DNA of 63,498 nt, the filler included, from Chiloscyllium plagiosum (taxonomy: Eukaryota): NCBI RefSeq assembly GCF_004010195.1. It is 4 parts of one record of this genome, joined end to end, with 100 filler letters (N's around TTAATTAATTAA, not from the genome) between each part and the next. Parts side by side here need not be neighbours in the genome. Positions count along the whole stretch, not along the records: positions 1 to 17,620 come from NC_057710.1; positions 17,721 to 32,533 come from NC_057710.1; 2 more parts are not named here. One strand, 5' to 3'. A program made the translations under genes and the position numbers. Each line of letters begins with the position of its first letter. The stretch's first letter is position 1. A model generated the notes under the pieces. That model made no database searches, was not told where the DNA came from, and was given only the letters and a program-made list of their open reading frames with translations. Below, piece after piece: positions 12,970-24,999 of this stretch.

Positions 12970-14160
12970 GGAGGTTTTTCATGGTAGACTGGTTAGCAAG
13001 GTTAAATCATACAGAATAGAGAGAGAATTAGTCATTTGGATACAGAACTGACTTAAAGGTAGAAGGCAGAGGGTGGTGGTGGAAGGTTGCTTTTCAGATT
13101 GGAGACCTGTGACCAGTGGAGTGCGACAAGGATTGGTGCTGGGTTCACTGCTTTTGTCATTTATAAGAATGATTTGTATGTGAACATAGGCGGTAAGGTT
13201 AGTAAATTTGCAGATGACAACAAAGTTGGAGGTGTAGTGGGTAACGAAGTTTACCTCAGAGTACAACAGGATCTTGATCAGATGGGCCAATGGGCTGAGA
13301 AGTAGCAAGTGGAGTTTAATTTAGATAAATGTGAGGTGTTGCATTTTGGAAAGGCAAATCAGGGCAGGACTTATACACTTAATGCTAAGGTCCTGGAGAG
13401 TGTTGCTGAACAAATAGACTTTTGAGTACAAGTTTATAGCTCCTTGAAAGTGTAATCACAGATAGATAGGATAATGAAGAAGACTTTTGTAATTTTGCCA
13501 ACATTTGTCAGTGCATTGAGTATGGGAGTTGGGATGTTATGTTATGGCTGTACAGGATATTGGTTAGGTCACGGTTGGAATACTGCATTCAGTTGCGATC
13601 TCTCTGCCATCAAGAAGATGTTGTGAAACTTGAAAGAGTTCAGGAAAGCTTTACAAGCATGTTGCCAATGTTGGAGGGTTTGGCCTAGCGGGAGAGGCTG
13701 AATAGACTGGGGCTATTTTTGATGGAACATCAGAGGCTGAGGGGTGACCTTATCGAGGTTTATAAAACCATGGGGGGCATGGATAGGGTGAATAGACAAG
13801 GTCTTTTCCCACGGTGGAGGAGTCCAAAACCAAACGGCAAAGGTTTAAGGTGACAGGGAAAGATTAAATAGAGTACATTCTGCTAAATGACCCTGTGTTA
13901 TATATTTTTTTACAATCACTTGTTACAGTGTGTCTAAGAAGCAACGTTTTCACACAGAGAGTGGTGCATATATGGAATAAGTTGTCAGAGGAAGTGATGG
14001 CGACCGGTACAATTACAACATTTAAAAGGCGTCTCGATGGGTATAACGAATAGGAAAGGTTTAAAGGGATATGAGCTGGCAAATGGGACTAAATCAGTTT
14101 AGGATATATAGTCAGCATGGACGAGCTGGACCTAAGGATCTCTGTGACAGTATGACTCTA
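12970..14160 (+). mobile_element. CR1 (HER1-like) RT and 3' end, degenerate
   Basis: VSKFADDNKVGGVV...LQVQ-like RVQQDLDQMGQWAEK; 3' tail ...gtatgactcta. Confidence 0.85.
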
Positions 14161-14204
14161 AATAACAGCAAGACTTTTCTTGATCATTGTTGGTTTTAAT
14201 TATT

Positions 14205-14397
14205 CTACCACTGGTGTCCACACCTTCAGCTGCCTCCACCCAAGCATTTGGAATCCTCTCCCAGAACTTCTCCACCTCTTTTTCCTCTTGTAAGACACTC
14301 TTTTAAATCTCTCTCTTTAACAAAACATTCAACTTGTCATGTGACTTGGGACGTTTCAGTGTGTTAAATATTTCAAGTCATTTCAAGTTATTGTTGC
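14205..14397 (+). mobile_element. L2-like 3' end relic
   Basis: accttcagctgcctccacccaagcatttggaatcctctcccagaacttctccacctc...taagacactctt; a reverse-oriented relative lies near 3190-3295. Confidence 0.45.
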
Positions 14398-14432
14398 TGA
14401 TGTAGGATTTTGAAATCAAACTTAGTTTTAAG

Positions 14433-14988
14433 TGTAACACTTGAGCTCCAACTAAACATGAGACCACCCCGAGGTGTTATTAGACAAGGTTTACAATTTA
14501 TTAAGTTATCAAAACAAGTACAAGAGAAATTACACAGAACCAAAACTGGAGTCAGCCACTCCACAATAGAATAATGATCCTCATTGGCTGTGTTGCTGTA
14601 TCTTCTTCTATCTTCTTTCTCTTATGTCCTCTTCTCCCTTCACACACTACTACTGAAAGGTCGGTCTTATTAACCTTTTTCAAACCACATTGAGTAGCTT
14701 ATTTGGAGAACATTGATTGGTCCAGACATTGCATGTTTTAATTCTGAATTGGCGGGATGATGCACATCCAGGTCATGATCAGTTCATGGTCAGTCTTGCA
14801 TTAGCTGGGTAGTGAATGACTAATTTCTGATTGGATTCCTAAAAATTATCTTTGTCATTTTGGTATTATCACTTCTTAGTATCCTGATTAATAATTTCAC
14901 ATATCAATCTGCCAATTATTAACAGCTTGTTGCTCTTAATTTACCTTTTTTGCAGATTTGGACCAAAATAAGATGGCGCCAGTAAATC
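14433..14988 (-). mobile_element. Possible solo LTR
   Basis: About 555 bp with TG...CA termini, AATAAA on - near 14497, several CCAAT boxes on -, and a YY1-like AAGATGGCG near 14969. No TSD seen. Confidence 0.35.
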
Positions 14989-15185
14989 ATAGAATCATAG
15001 AATCCCTATTGTGCAGAAAGAGACCATTTGGCCCAACTGAGTTGTTCTGCCTCTCTGAGCAGCATCCCACCCTATTCCCTTAACATGTGCATTTGCCATG
15101 ACTAACTGACCTAGACTGCACATTCCTGGGCACTATGAAGTAATTTACCATGGTCAACCCACCTAACATGCACATCTTTGGACTA
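14989..15185 (-). mobile_element. HE1 SINE 3' half
   Basis: atagaatcatagaatccctattgtgcagaaagagaccatttggccc...catgcacatctttggact. Confidence 0.7.
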
Positions 15186-16024
15186 AAGATATATATTTGT
15201 CTGCTAGATGTATGTAGTGTCCAGGAATTAATGTAGCATTCAAAATGTTCTAAATTATGCATTCAGAAAGATCAAGACTCACCATTGAACCTAATTTTAA
15301 AGTTTCATTTAGATATCTGCTCACATACATATAGATAGGTCTGTTACATACTTTGTTACAAAATAAGCCATTTTAAAACACAAGCTATGTCTTTCAGTAA
15401 AAGGTTTGCTCACTACAAAAGCCTAAGTTCACGTTACCCTGAGCCATAAAATTAGGAAACCATAAACCTTACTTTTGTTAGAGATCACTTAGAGAAAGCT
15501 TCCTTAGAGAAATTGTTTAACAATTAGCCATGCACACAGAATATAATCACTTGCTTAATCGAGTTAAAATTATTAATTATTTCAAAAGACTCAATCCTGC
15601 ATTGCTGTATAACTAGGATTACCAAAAGCTCAAGGCAGCTACATTTTAACCTTCCAATTGCAGAATGCAAATTTTCACTTTCGGAACTCAGATAAATTAA
15701 TATTCTGAATAGCATTAACATGGAATTTCAAAGGGAGTAAAAATATCTTATCTTAAATCCGGATGTTTATGAAAAAGTAGCAATTATACCATATTTTCTG
15801 CAGGTTTTTTCTAATTGTTTTACTTAATGTCCTGACTTCTGTTACTGGAGCACATCCCAATATCACATTCCAGTGTTCATTTTCACATGAACAGTTAGTC
15901 AGAATTTTAATCATTGCAGGTGTCATCAAAGGTGAGTTCTTAAACAAAAAAAAGATTCATTTATGCTTGCTCTTAGGGCACAGACATAATTGAGAGTCGC
16001 CCAGGATGCCTGGTATAACATTTA

Positions 16025-16750
16025 GAAAGAAAGTCTTGCATTCACACAATGCCTGTTCACATGTGATGAAGCCATGCTGAAGCATTTCAAAGAATTGAAT
16101 TACAGTGACTGCCATAATGTTAAGTGTGCCCATTATTTCATACTTAGCTAAATCCCAAAAAAGAACAATAATGGTCAGCTTTTGGTATTTTTTTCTTCTT
16201 GAGATGTGGCAACATTGATGAGGTCCTATTTATTGTCCATCTGTACTTGCCTGAAGAAATAGTGGTCCACTGCCTTCCTGACCTTTGTAGGCAATTGGTT
16301 TGCACTTAATGTTCAGCCATATCAGAAGACATTGAGAGTTAATGAACCAGTGGAAGGCTGTAATTATGGAGCATTTAAAGGGGTAATGTAGCAGATTTCA
16401 AAGTTCTTGAACAGTATATATTTTTCAGTTTTTATAAAAAAAAAGTTCAATTTACATTTTTCTTATGTCAATTCACAAATATTCAAATCTACTGAATTCA
16501 AATTTTCACTCTTGTGGTATTTGAACAATTGACCTCTGGAAATAATTTAGTACCAGAACCATAGCATGAATGTGAGAAGAATGGCTCATTTGCCAGGATA
16601 TTAGAAGATTAAGATATTAAGTACGGGCTGGCACCATTTGCACTGCAGCATAATACAGTCCTATGCTGAAGTGCCAGGCGAAGATTATATATCCAAATCC
16701 AGGAATGAGAATTGGAAGCAAGAATGCTGACGATTGAATTAAAATGACAT
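16025..16750 (-). mobile_element. Old DeuSINE-like element with a second SINE nested (about 16195-16565)
   Basis: Degenerate match to recalled shark DeuSINE ends (aaagtcttgcattcacacaatgcc; cactgcagcataatacagtcctatgctgaagtgccagg). Confidence 0.4.
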
Positions 16751-17343
16751 ATGGTCCAACTGAGAAAATCTAACTCAGCAAGATCGGAAATCAGACCTAT
16801 AGCACTTTTAATTGGAAGGCTTCATTCTACATTGAAGCATGTACTTCCTATTGAATAATGAAACCATTATGTTACATTTCCACGTTTATCTACAAATGTT
16901 ATGGCAATCCAGAAAGGACTTAGAACCTAGTATTTAGATTCCATCTTTGTTAAATCAGGGATGACATTAGAAGTTGTTTGAATGGAAATGGTATGCAATG
17001 TCCTTCCTGGTTTGTGGTAATCATGTGACCTATGCTATGAGGCAGATTCACTGTAGATAGTCATCTTATAAGAAGTTCCTGTGACGACAGAAACCAAACA
17101 AATATTGTGCTCATTTAATTCATAATACTAAGTAAACTGTAGAGCTGAGATGGACTTTAAGGGAAAGCCACAGAAAAGGAAAAGCAACAAAAAAGCAAGG
17201 CTGCAGCTAATTCACTGGATGAGTCACAGTTTGGGTGTAAACCTTTCTCTCCCAGCTCCGGTCAAAATGAAAGGTGATATGAGAAGCAAATGGCCATATT
17301 TTCCACTCATAATGGCAAAACACGAAAATTACACATTTAACCC

Positions 17344-17620
17344 ACAAACCAAAGGGGTAGCCATGGGCACACATATGGGCCCCAGCTATGCCTGTCTCTT
17401 TGTTGGCTACGTACAGCAGTTGATCTTCCATAATTACACCGGCACCACTCCCCAACTCTCCTTCCGCTACATTGATGACTGCATTGGCGCCACCTCATGC
17501 TCCCGCGAGAAGGTTGAGCAATTCATCAACTTCACCAACACATTCCACCCTGACCTTAAATTTACCTGGACCATCTCTGACACCTCCCTCCCCTTCCTGG
17601 ACCGCTCCATCTCTATTAAT
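17344..17620 (+). mobile_element. Penelope-like element RT core fragment
   Basis: QTKGVAMGTHMGPSYACLFVGYV...FRYIDDCIG...FHPDLKFTWTISDTSLPFLD; runs into a gap. Confidence 0.9.
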
Positions 17621-17720
17621 NNNNNNNNNNNNNNNNNNNNNNNNNNNNNNNNNNNNNNNNNNNNTTAATTAATTAANNNNNNNNNNNNNNNNNNNNNNNN
17701 NNNNNNNNNNNNNNNNNNNN
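17621..17720. other. Assembly gap with artificial linker
   Basis: 44 N + TTAATTAATTAA + 44 N. Confidence 0.95.
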
Positions 17721-18699
17721 GGCATAGATAGAGTCGATAGTCAGAGACTATTTCCGAGGGCAGAAATGGCTAACACGAGGGGTCATAGTTTTAAGCTGGT
17801 TGGAGGAAAGTATAGAGGGGATGTCAGAGGTGGGTTCTTTACACAGAGAGTTGTGAGGGCATGGAATGCATTGCCAGCAGCAGTTGTGGAAGCAAGGTCA
17901 TTGGGGAAATATAAGAGACTACTGGACATGCATATGGTCACAGAAATTTGAGGGTGCATACATGAGGATCAGTGGTCGGCACAACAGGCTGAAGGGCCTG
18001 TTCTGTGCTGTACTGTTCTATGTTCTAAATGTATCCTAGGTTGTTGAGTGAGGAAATATCAAGATGGTTGCAAATGTTTTGTTCCTTTCTGGCCACAAAA
18101 CGTGCCAGAGAACTGGAGGTCAGCCAATGTGGCACCATTATGCAAGAAGAGAGTGAGGGATAAACCCGGAAACTGCAGGCCAGTCAGTCTAACCTCAGTT
18201 AAACTCTTGGAAGCAATTCTGGGGGACAGCATTTTTACGTATTTGAAGAGGCAGGAATTAATCCAGAACAGTCAGCATGGTTTTGTTAGGGGGAGGTCAT
18301 GTCTGACCAACTTGACTGAATATTTTGAAGAGGTGACCATGTGTGTAGATGAGGCCAATGCTTTTAATGTGGTCTACTTGGACATTGGCAAGGCTTTCAA
18401 TGAGATCTTGCTTGGGAGTTTGGTTACAAAGGTAAAAGTCCATGGGATCTAAGAAAATTTGATAAATTGGATTGTGATGTATAAAATTATGGGGGACAAG
18501 GATAGTGTAGACAGGAAGAGTCTTTTCTTTTCCTCTGATGAATCAATAACCAGGAAGTATAGATTTAAGGTAAGAAGCAGAAAGTTCAGAGGAGATGTGA
18601 GGAAAAACATTTTCACCTAGAGGGTGATGCGCATCTGAAACTCACTGCCAGAAAGAGTCGTCGAGGCAGAAGCCAGGATAACCTTTAAGTATTTAGGTG

Positions 18700-19237
18700 T
18701 GCGGACCCCACCACCAGGGATATATTTCCCTCCCCTCCCCTATCAGCGTTCTGGAATGACCACTCCCTCCGTGACTCCCCCGTCAGGTCCACAACCCCCA
18801 CCAACCCAACCTCCACTCCCGGCACCTTACCCTGCAACCGCAAGAAATGCACAACTTGCGCCCATACCGCCCCCCCTTCCTTCCCTCCAAGGCCCCAAGG
18901 GATTCTTCCATATCTGCCACAAATTCACCTGCACCTCCACACNNNNNNNNNNNNNNNNNNNNNNNNNNNNNNNNNNNNNNNNNNNNNNNNNNNNNNNNNN
19001 NNNNNNNNNNNNNNNNNNNNNNNNNNNNNNNNNNNNNNNNNNNNNNNNNNNNNNNNNNNNNNNNNNNNNNNNNNNNNNNNNNNNNNNNNNCCCCAAGTCC
19101 CTCCTCCCTACCTTTTATCTTAGACTGCTGGACACACTTCCCTCATTCCTGAAGAAGGGCTTATGCCCGAAACATCGATTCTCCTGTTTCTTGGATGCTG
19201 CCTGACCTGCTGCGCTTTTCCAGCAACACATTTTCAG
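18700..19237 (+). mobile_element. Penelope 3' fragment (linker/endonuclease region plus terminal repeat) inserted in a CR1 3' end
   Basis: C-rich coding remnant (SLQGPKGFFHICHKFTCTST), a gap, then the family-1 terminal unit. Confidence 0.8.
19145..19181 (+). ncRNA. Hammerhead motif in a Penelope 3' region (family 1, GUC changed to AUC)
   Basis: attcCTGAAGAaGGGCttatGCCCGAAACATCgattc, downstream of and on the same strand as Penelope coding sequence (a gap lies between them). Confidence 0.6.
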
Positions 19238-20037
19238 TGCTGTTGCAATGGCAAGACATAAAAGTCTATGGACCAAGTGCTGGAAAATAAAATTAGAATA
19301 ATTACGTGGCGGTCTTTGACTGGCATTGACACAATGGGCTGAAAATCCTTTTTCTGTGTTGTCAATCTCTCTGACTCTTTGACAAGTTGGTACAATAGGT
19401 AAACATGAAGTCCAATTAAAGAAGTGTGAGGTGATACATTTTGGTAGGAAGAATATGGACAAACAATATAAAATAGAATATAATAAAAAAAAAACTTAAG
19501 GCAGCAGGAGAAGGCAATGCATGTGTGCACAGATCACTGAAAGTGACAGCTCAGGTGGAGAGAGAAGTTCATCAAGCAGATGGTATTCTGGGCTTTATTA
19601 ATAGGTGAATAGAGCAGAAGAGCAAGGAGGTTTGACTGAACTTACATAAAACACTTGTTCAACCTCAGCCAGAGTATTGTACACAATTCTGGGCAACACT
19701 CCATTGGAAGCATACAAACAAGTGCACAAGAGATTTACACCAGTTCCAAAGCTGAGGAACTTCAGTTTTGAGTATAAATTGTAGGGGTTAGGACTGTTCT
19801 CCTTGGAGAAGAGAAGGCTAAGAGGAGATCTAAAGGAAGGTATGGATAGAATAGATAGGGAAAAACTGTTCCTGTTATAAAAGAATTGAGAATTGCAGGG
19901 CATAGTCCTAATGTTTTGTTGTGTGATTAGTTGAACAAATAACATTTGAATTGATCAATATTTTAACATGTACAGGATCAACAAGTTTTTAAAAATTGTC
20001 CTTTTGATTCTTTAAGCTTAACATTTTTCCTCAACAG

Positions 20038-20201
20038 GAGTTGTATCTTCTCATGCCGAAATCTGGTTCTTGGACAGAGCACTTTACTGGCATTTTCTAT
20101 CAGATACGTTCACAGCCTACTATCGACTTATGCTTGTTCACTTAGGATTGCCCCAATGGCAGTATGCATTAACAAAATACGGGATTAGCCCTCAAGCTAA
20201 G
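20038..20201 (+). CDS. TPGS2: TPGS2 penultimate coding exon (164 nt, phase 1 to phase 0)
   Basis: Acceptor ttttcctcaacAG (AG at 20036-37) and donor GTagga (20202). Translates (G)VVSSHAEIWFLDRALYWHFLSDTFTAYYRLMLVHLGLPQWQYALTKYGISPQAK, matching the recalled vertebrate TPGS2 motif EIWFLDRALYWHFL-DTFTAYYRL---HLGLPQWQYA---YGISPQAK. Confidence 0.95.
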
Positions 20202-20831
20202 GTAGGAAATGCAGTTTTTTTTAATATTCTGTAACATCAGACATATTTCTCTTTCAATAATTAAGAGGGCAGATCTGCAAAACTAAAGTCCAGTTCTCAA
20301 TGGGGTTATGATGCTTTCTTTGAGGTGGTCTCATAAATTTTTAAAAATGACATTCAATTCTTCATTACTTTGGAGAAGATACATGCAGTTGTCATGAAAA
20401 GTTGTTCCTGTCATATTTAATTTGTGTTCCTGTAGAGAATCATCACTTTCCATAATTTTCCTTCTTGTTGGCACTTTGTCACAACGAAAGGCATCCTTAA
20501 ATTAATTGGAATGCAAATAATCTAAATAAAAAGTAAACCTTCAAAATGATTGTAACAACTGTTCTCCTATGGACCATTGCTTATTACTTAAATTCCTCTG
20601 GAATCCTGGCAAACTACAGCAACAGTTTGCTAGAAATTCTCAAAATTGGTCAATTATTCTGATTTGTCAACTTGTATATATCTTGATATTTATGCAATTA
20701 AGTTTGTGAGTTAATGTGTTACTATCTTATAAATATTTTAGCTCAATGTTGCCATTAAAAACAACTGTCAAATTCTTCCATAACATTTGGGAAATCAAAT
20801 TTATTTAATTAAATATTTTCTTTATTTTCAG

Positions 20832-21068
20832 CAATGGTTTAATATGTACAAGCCTGTTGCCTATAGTGCCAGTCTTGTAGCAGAGGATGCTATTACTTTT
20901 ACTAACAAGCTGGATCCCAGTCTAGTCTTTAAGAACAGAGCCAAGCTCCAGAATCCAAAGAAAAAAGCTTGTGCACAGCTACCTGCGCCTCAGAAAAGTC
21001 AGGCCAGCCTGGTCACTAGCAAGAATTCATCACAAATCGGAAGTACCACAAAAAAAATGATTCCTTAA
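20832..21068 (+). CDS. TPGS2: TPGS2 last coding exon
   Basis: Acceptor ttctttattttcAG (AG at 20830-31), in phase with the previous exon. Encodes QWFNMYKPVAYSASLVAEDAITFTNKLDPSLVFKNRAKLQNPKKK...TTKKMIP*, matching TPGS2 QWFSMYKP...FVNKLDPSKVFK. Upstream exons were not found in the window. Confidence 0.93.
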   Translation, partial: QWFNMYKPVAYSASLVAEDAITFTNKLDPSLVFKNRAKLQNPKKKACAQLPAPQKSQASLVTSKNSSQIGSTTKKMIP

Positions 21069-22900
21069 TTTTTATGTTGTCATCCATAGCAATTGCAACA
21101 TAATTTTCCCTCTTGGTATTGCCATCTGAACTGCTGTGTGTATAGTTCTGCCACAGAAGGGCAGGTCACAAGTTCTGATGGTAAGAGTGCAAAACTGGAT
21201 GATTGCAAATACAGAAAAAAGCAGGGCTTTAATGTTAATGATGTATATCATGATACAAATGCATGATTTTTAAATATTGCTGGAAATTATAAAAACAAAT
21301 CCAGTGTTATGATGAAATTTATATTGGAACGGTTTCAGAATTACTGAATCCACAGTTCTTTCTAATAAGTTTTATTCCAATTTCACAGCTGTTTGAAGCC
21401 TAAATGAAGTTCTGTAAATGGTGTCTGGGCTATTATGAGTTTCTTTATCATCCTCCTCTGTAAGATTTCAGTTGGGTTTGAAGCTCCCACATCATAATTT
21501 TAGACAGAAAATAAAGTGGGCTGTAATAATCAGTCCAGTGCAATAAGAATGCTGATGGTATCCCAGAATTAATGGAATTACCAACATTCTTCGTGTACTG
21601 AATTGTTTGTTATAGTTTGGTTCATTCCAGAAGGTCCATCTACATTCAGTTTACCAGAAAAAGCATTGCACAAACAGATAAACGAATTTGTGTGACAAGA
21701 GTCTTGAATTTTCAAAAGGACAACCTAGTTAACAAATAATAAAATTATATTCTTATAGGACCTTAACCACTGAAGGATAGCCAACATATTACATATTTTC
21801 AACCTTTAGCATGCAATTGCTGATAAAGTTACTCAAAAGAGAAGTTAATTAGTTCGATTGAACTAGAGAATTTCTCTTTGTTCTCTTCACAGGCTTAAAT
21901 GAATGAATCTAAAATGCCAAAACAAAACTGGTCATTTCAACAAAAACTTTTTTCAGTCCTGTGCTTCTTAGTATTTTTCTTCATGTCTTTAACGTATCTG
22001 ACTATAATCCAAGCAAACTAAAAGAAATGTCTCATATGCCTGGGACAGTTTTAATAACTGTGGAAAGCTCCCCATCTCATTTCAAGTTTAATCACTTGTT
22101 TTAACTTTTCAGATCACATGTCAAGAAATCTAATTAAGGAGGTTCTTGACCTTTTCTTGTGTGTCTGGTACTTAAAATTAATTCATATAATGACCTTACC
22201 ATTATGGTATTATTTTCCAATTGTAGCTATAATTGATCTTTGATGCAAGGATCTTTCTATCTGTCTTCACAGAACTGCAATTTGTACAAACGTTTTCCAT
22301 TTCCCTGAAATTGCTAGGAATTGCCATACCGTCCATTTATGTTTATGCTGCAAAGTTTGATGCCAAAGGGAATTATCGTTTTGATCCCACTGCTTGAACA
22401 TACGGTTCAATAGGTACTATTAAAAAATGTTTCAAGTAGTTTTCTGTGGCACCACCTGCTGCTACATTCAAGTTAATATGGCAATGACATTGGTAGGCTA
22501 TCGACACCCATGGTAACTTTGATATTTGACTTTTATATATGCCATATGTTCATGTAAGGAGCAACACAGTTACACTGTTGGTATCACTGTAGATACGTAT
22601 CTTGCCAAATTTAGCATTTCCTACTCATACAATGCAAATAGAGACTTTGGAGTTTATTGGTAGTATAATTTTATTTAACTTTATGTACAATTGCTACCTA
22701 TCTGGAATACCGGATAATATTTAAAAGTCACATATATTAAATTATTCATATATATTTCTCTATAAATGTTTGATCATTACAGAAGACCAGTAATCAGTAT
22801 TGTATATGTTGTATTGTACCTTTCATTGAACATCTGTCTGTTTAATATGTGCTTAATGAAGTGCCACACAGTACATTTTATTATTTGCACAATGAAGAAA
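21069..22900 (+). other. TPGS2: Putative TPGS2 3' UTR (end not defined)
   Basis: AT-rich, essentially repeat-free sequence after the stop codon, with AATAAA candidates near 21509 and 21738. The real cleavage site cannot be determined from sequence alone. Confidence 0.5.
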
Positions 22901-24529
22901 AATTGCACTGAACAACCACATAGAACTTGAGATGTGCATATAGGTTTACATTTTTGGTAGGACTTAAGAACATAGAACATTACAGTGCAGTACAGACCCT
23001 TAGGCCCTCTATGTTGTGCTGACCTGTGAACCAATATTTGCGAAATATTTGCAAGATATTCTGTCAAATATGCATGTCAACTGTAATAACTCCTGTTTTT
23101 GTGAAGTTTCCATTAAGCAAATAGAAAATGAAATGCAAGAACCATTTTCTAACTTTCCCTTATTTTGTCCAACTTAAATTGTTTATTTGTTATCACTATT
23201 AATTGAGTACAGTTCAAATAGAGAGCAAATTTTAATGTTTACAGCCTGTATTAGAAAGTCATTTTCTGTACTATTGTATGATTTTCTATTTCAAATTTAC
23301 ATCAAATTACGGTATGTTAATGATAAAGTTAGTTTGGCCATCTTTCCAGCTACCTTAACTCTTTAACTGGAAACGCACTCAATGTTTTAGAAACAAATCT
23401 GAGTTGTCAACAAGAGAAATCATGTGCATGATCTTATTTTTGAATGATTTACAGTAATAGCTTGCTCCTTTTCAAGACAGACTTGTTCATTTTTTCCAGA
23501 AAGCACCGAATAGTAAAACAATATAACTAAACAACTTCTTACAAAATATATGTACACAAGTGAGTAACTAGACATGGATGTGAGGTAATTTGGAGTGTGG
23601 AGACAACTTTAAAAGAATAAAATCAACCGATAATGTAATTTGCATTTTCTTGAGCAAGACATCATTTTGTGGATTATTTGGCAGTCCTTCGTCCTCAGTA
23701 AAGGTGTACACACTTCTCACACAATGCTTAGAGCCAATATAATGAGTTGTTCTTAAAACAAGGAACAAAACTTAAGTTTTGCAAAAATCACTGGCAAGGT
23801 ACAACTGCTAGCAATGGGAAAACAATTAGAAGGCAAAAGTGGAGACTAGGGTCTATATATAATATTGAAAGGAGATATCACATTTGTGACAAACTTGGTG
23901 ATTTTCTCTATTAACATCTTGGACTTAGGAAATTCTTACCCTGGTTAAGAAAATGAGTGACATGGCCATAGGAAGTCATATGTTTTAAAAAGAGTTCTAT
24001 GCCAATAATGGAAGAATTGTAAGAAACTGTGGAAAGCTAATTTCAATGAGACTTCACAAATTCTTGCTGAGTCATGCTTCTGTAAACAACAAAGCTATAA
24101 CTGCTTCATAGAATTTTGATTGACATTATGAAAGGTATTTACTAGGAAATGAGGAGGGGTAAAAACATTAGTATTATGTGCCCAGTTGTTTTCATGGTTT
24201 CTTACCTTTACAGCCACAGTGTGCACTTCTATGCACAGCTCAGAATTAATAAAATTAAATCACACTTTAGAATGTATTGTATCATTTGAAGTCCTATTTT
24301 TCATTTAGAAATCAAAAGCATCTTGAACGTACATTACCAAGCATATAACTTTATCTGCAGGCCTAAGAAACAGCTGCTTTGAATCAACACCCCATTCACA
24401 CCATAAACATTCACTTGCTCAGCCATTAGCACACAGTAACAACAATGTGTATCATCTCCAAGATACACTGCAGTAACTTTTCCAAAGGCAAGGGTGATGT
24501 GTAGGTGGACGGTCGTACTCATTGGTGAG

Positions 24530-24962
24530 TGATGAGTATCTAGTGGCCCATTCTAATATTCTGCAGACATGGGTTCAAATCCCATGTGGCCGATGGTGAA
24601 ATTTGAATTAAAAAATCTAGAGTTTAAAGCGAACCTAATGTTGACCATGAAATTTCTGTGGTGAAAGTGAGGACTGCAGATGCTGGAGATCAGAGTCAAG
24701 ATTCGAGTGGTGCCAGAAAAGCACAGCCGGTCAGACAGCAGGAGATTTTCCTGCTCCTCGGATGCTGCCTGACCTGCTGTGCTTTTCCAGTACCACTCTG
24801 ACCTTGACCATGAAATTTCTGTGATTGTCATAAAAGTCTCACCTGGTTCACTAAAACCCCAGTGTCCTTTGGGGAGGAAAACTGCTATCTTTACTGGCCT
24901 ACATGTGACTCCAGACCCACAGCAACATGATTGACTCAACTGCTCTTTGAGGATGGACAAGA
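24530..24962 (+). mobile_element. tRNA-related SINE (unnamed family) interrupted by a Penelope-derived insert
   Basis: B-box-like gggttcaaatccc near 24571; ctggttcacta...ggcctacatgtgactccagacccacagcaa; a reverse copy lies near 27540-27865. Confidence 0.6.
24661..24803. mobile_element. Fold-back Penelope-derived insert with 20-bp TSD
   Basis: Flanked by ttgaccatgaaatttctgtg at 24641-24660 and 24804-24823. Inverted arms; the hammerhead is absent from the centre. Confidence 0.85.
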
Positions 24963-24999
24963 AATTGTTTAAACACTCCAATTATCCTTTTTTAAAAAA

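Larger units (their letters stand above)
17721..19920 (+). mobile_element. Series of CR1 fragments (17721-18027, 18028-18700, 19240-19920)
   Basis: TRGHSFKL...FFTQRVVRAWNALP; NWRSANVAPL...QHGFVRGRSCLTNL...YLDIGKAF. Confidence 0.85.

Noticed and set aside
17665..17676. TTAATTAATTAA as a biological motif (also 32578-32589 and 53932-53943)
   Set aside because: It is centred in identical 100-bp N blocks and has stops in all six frames, so it is an assembly linker.
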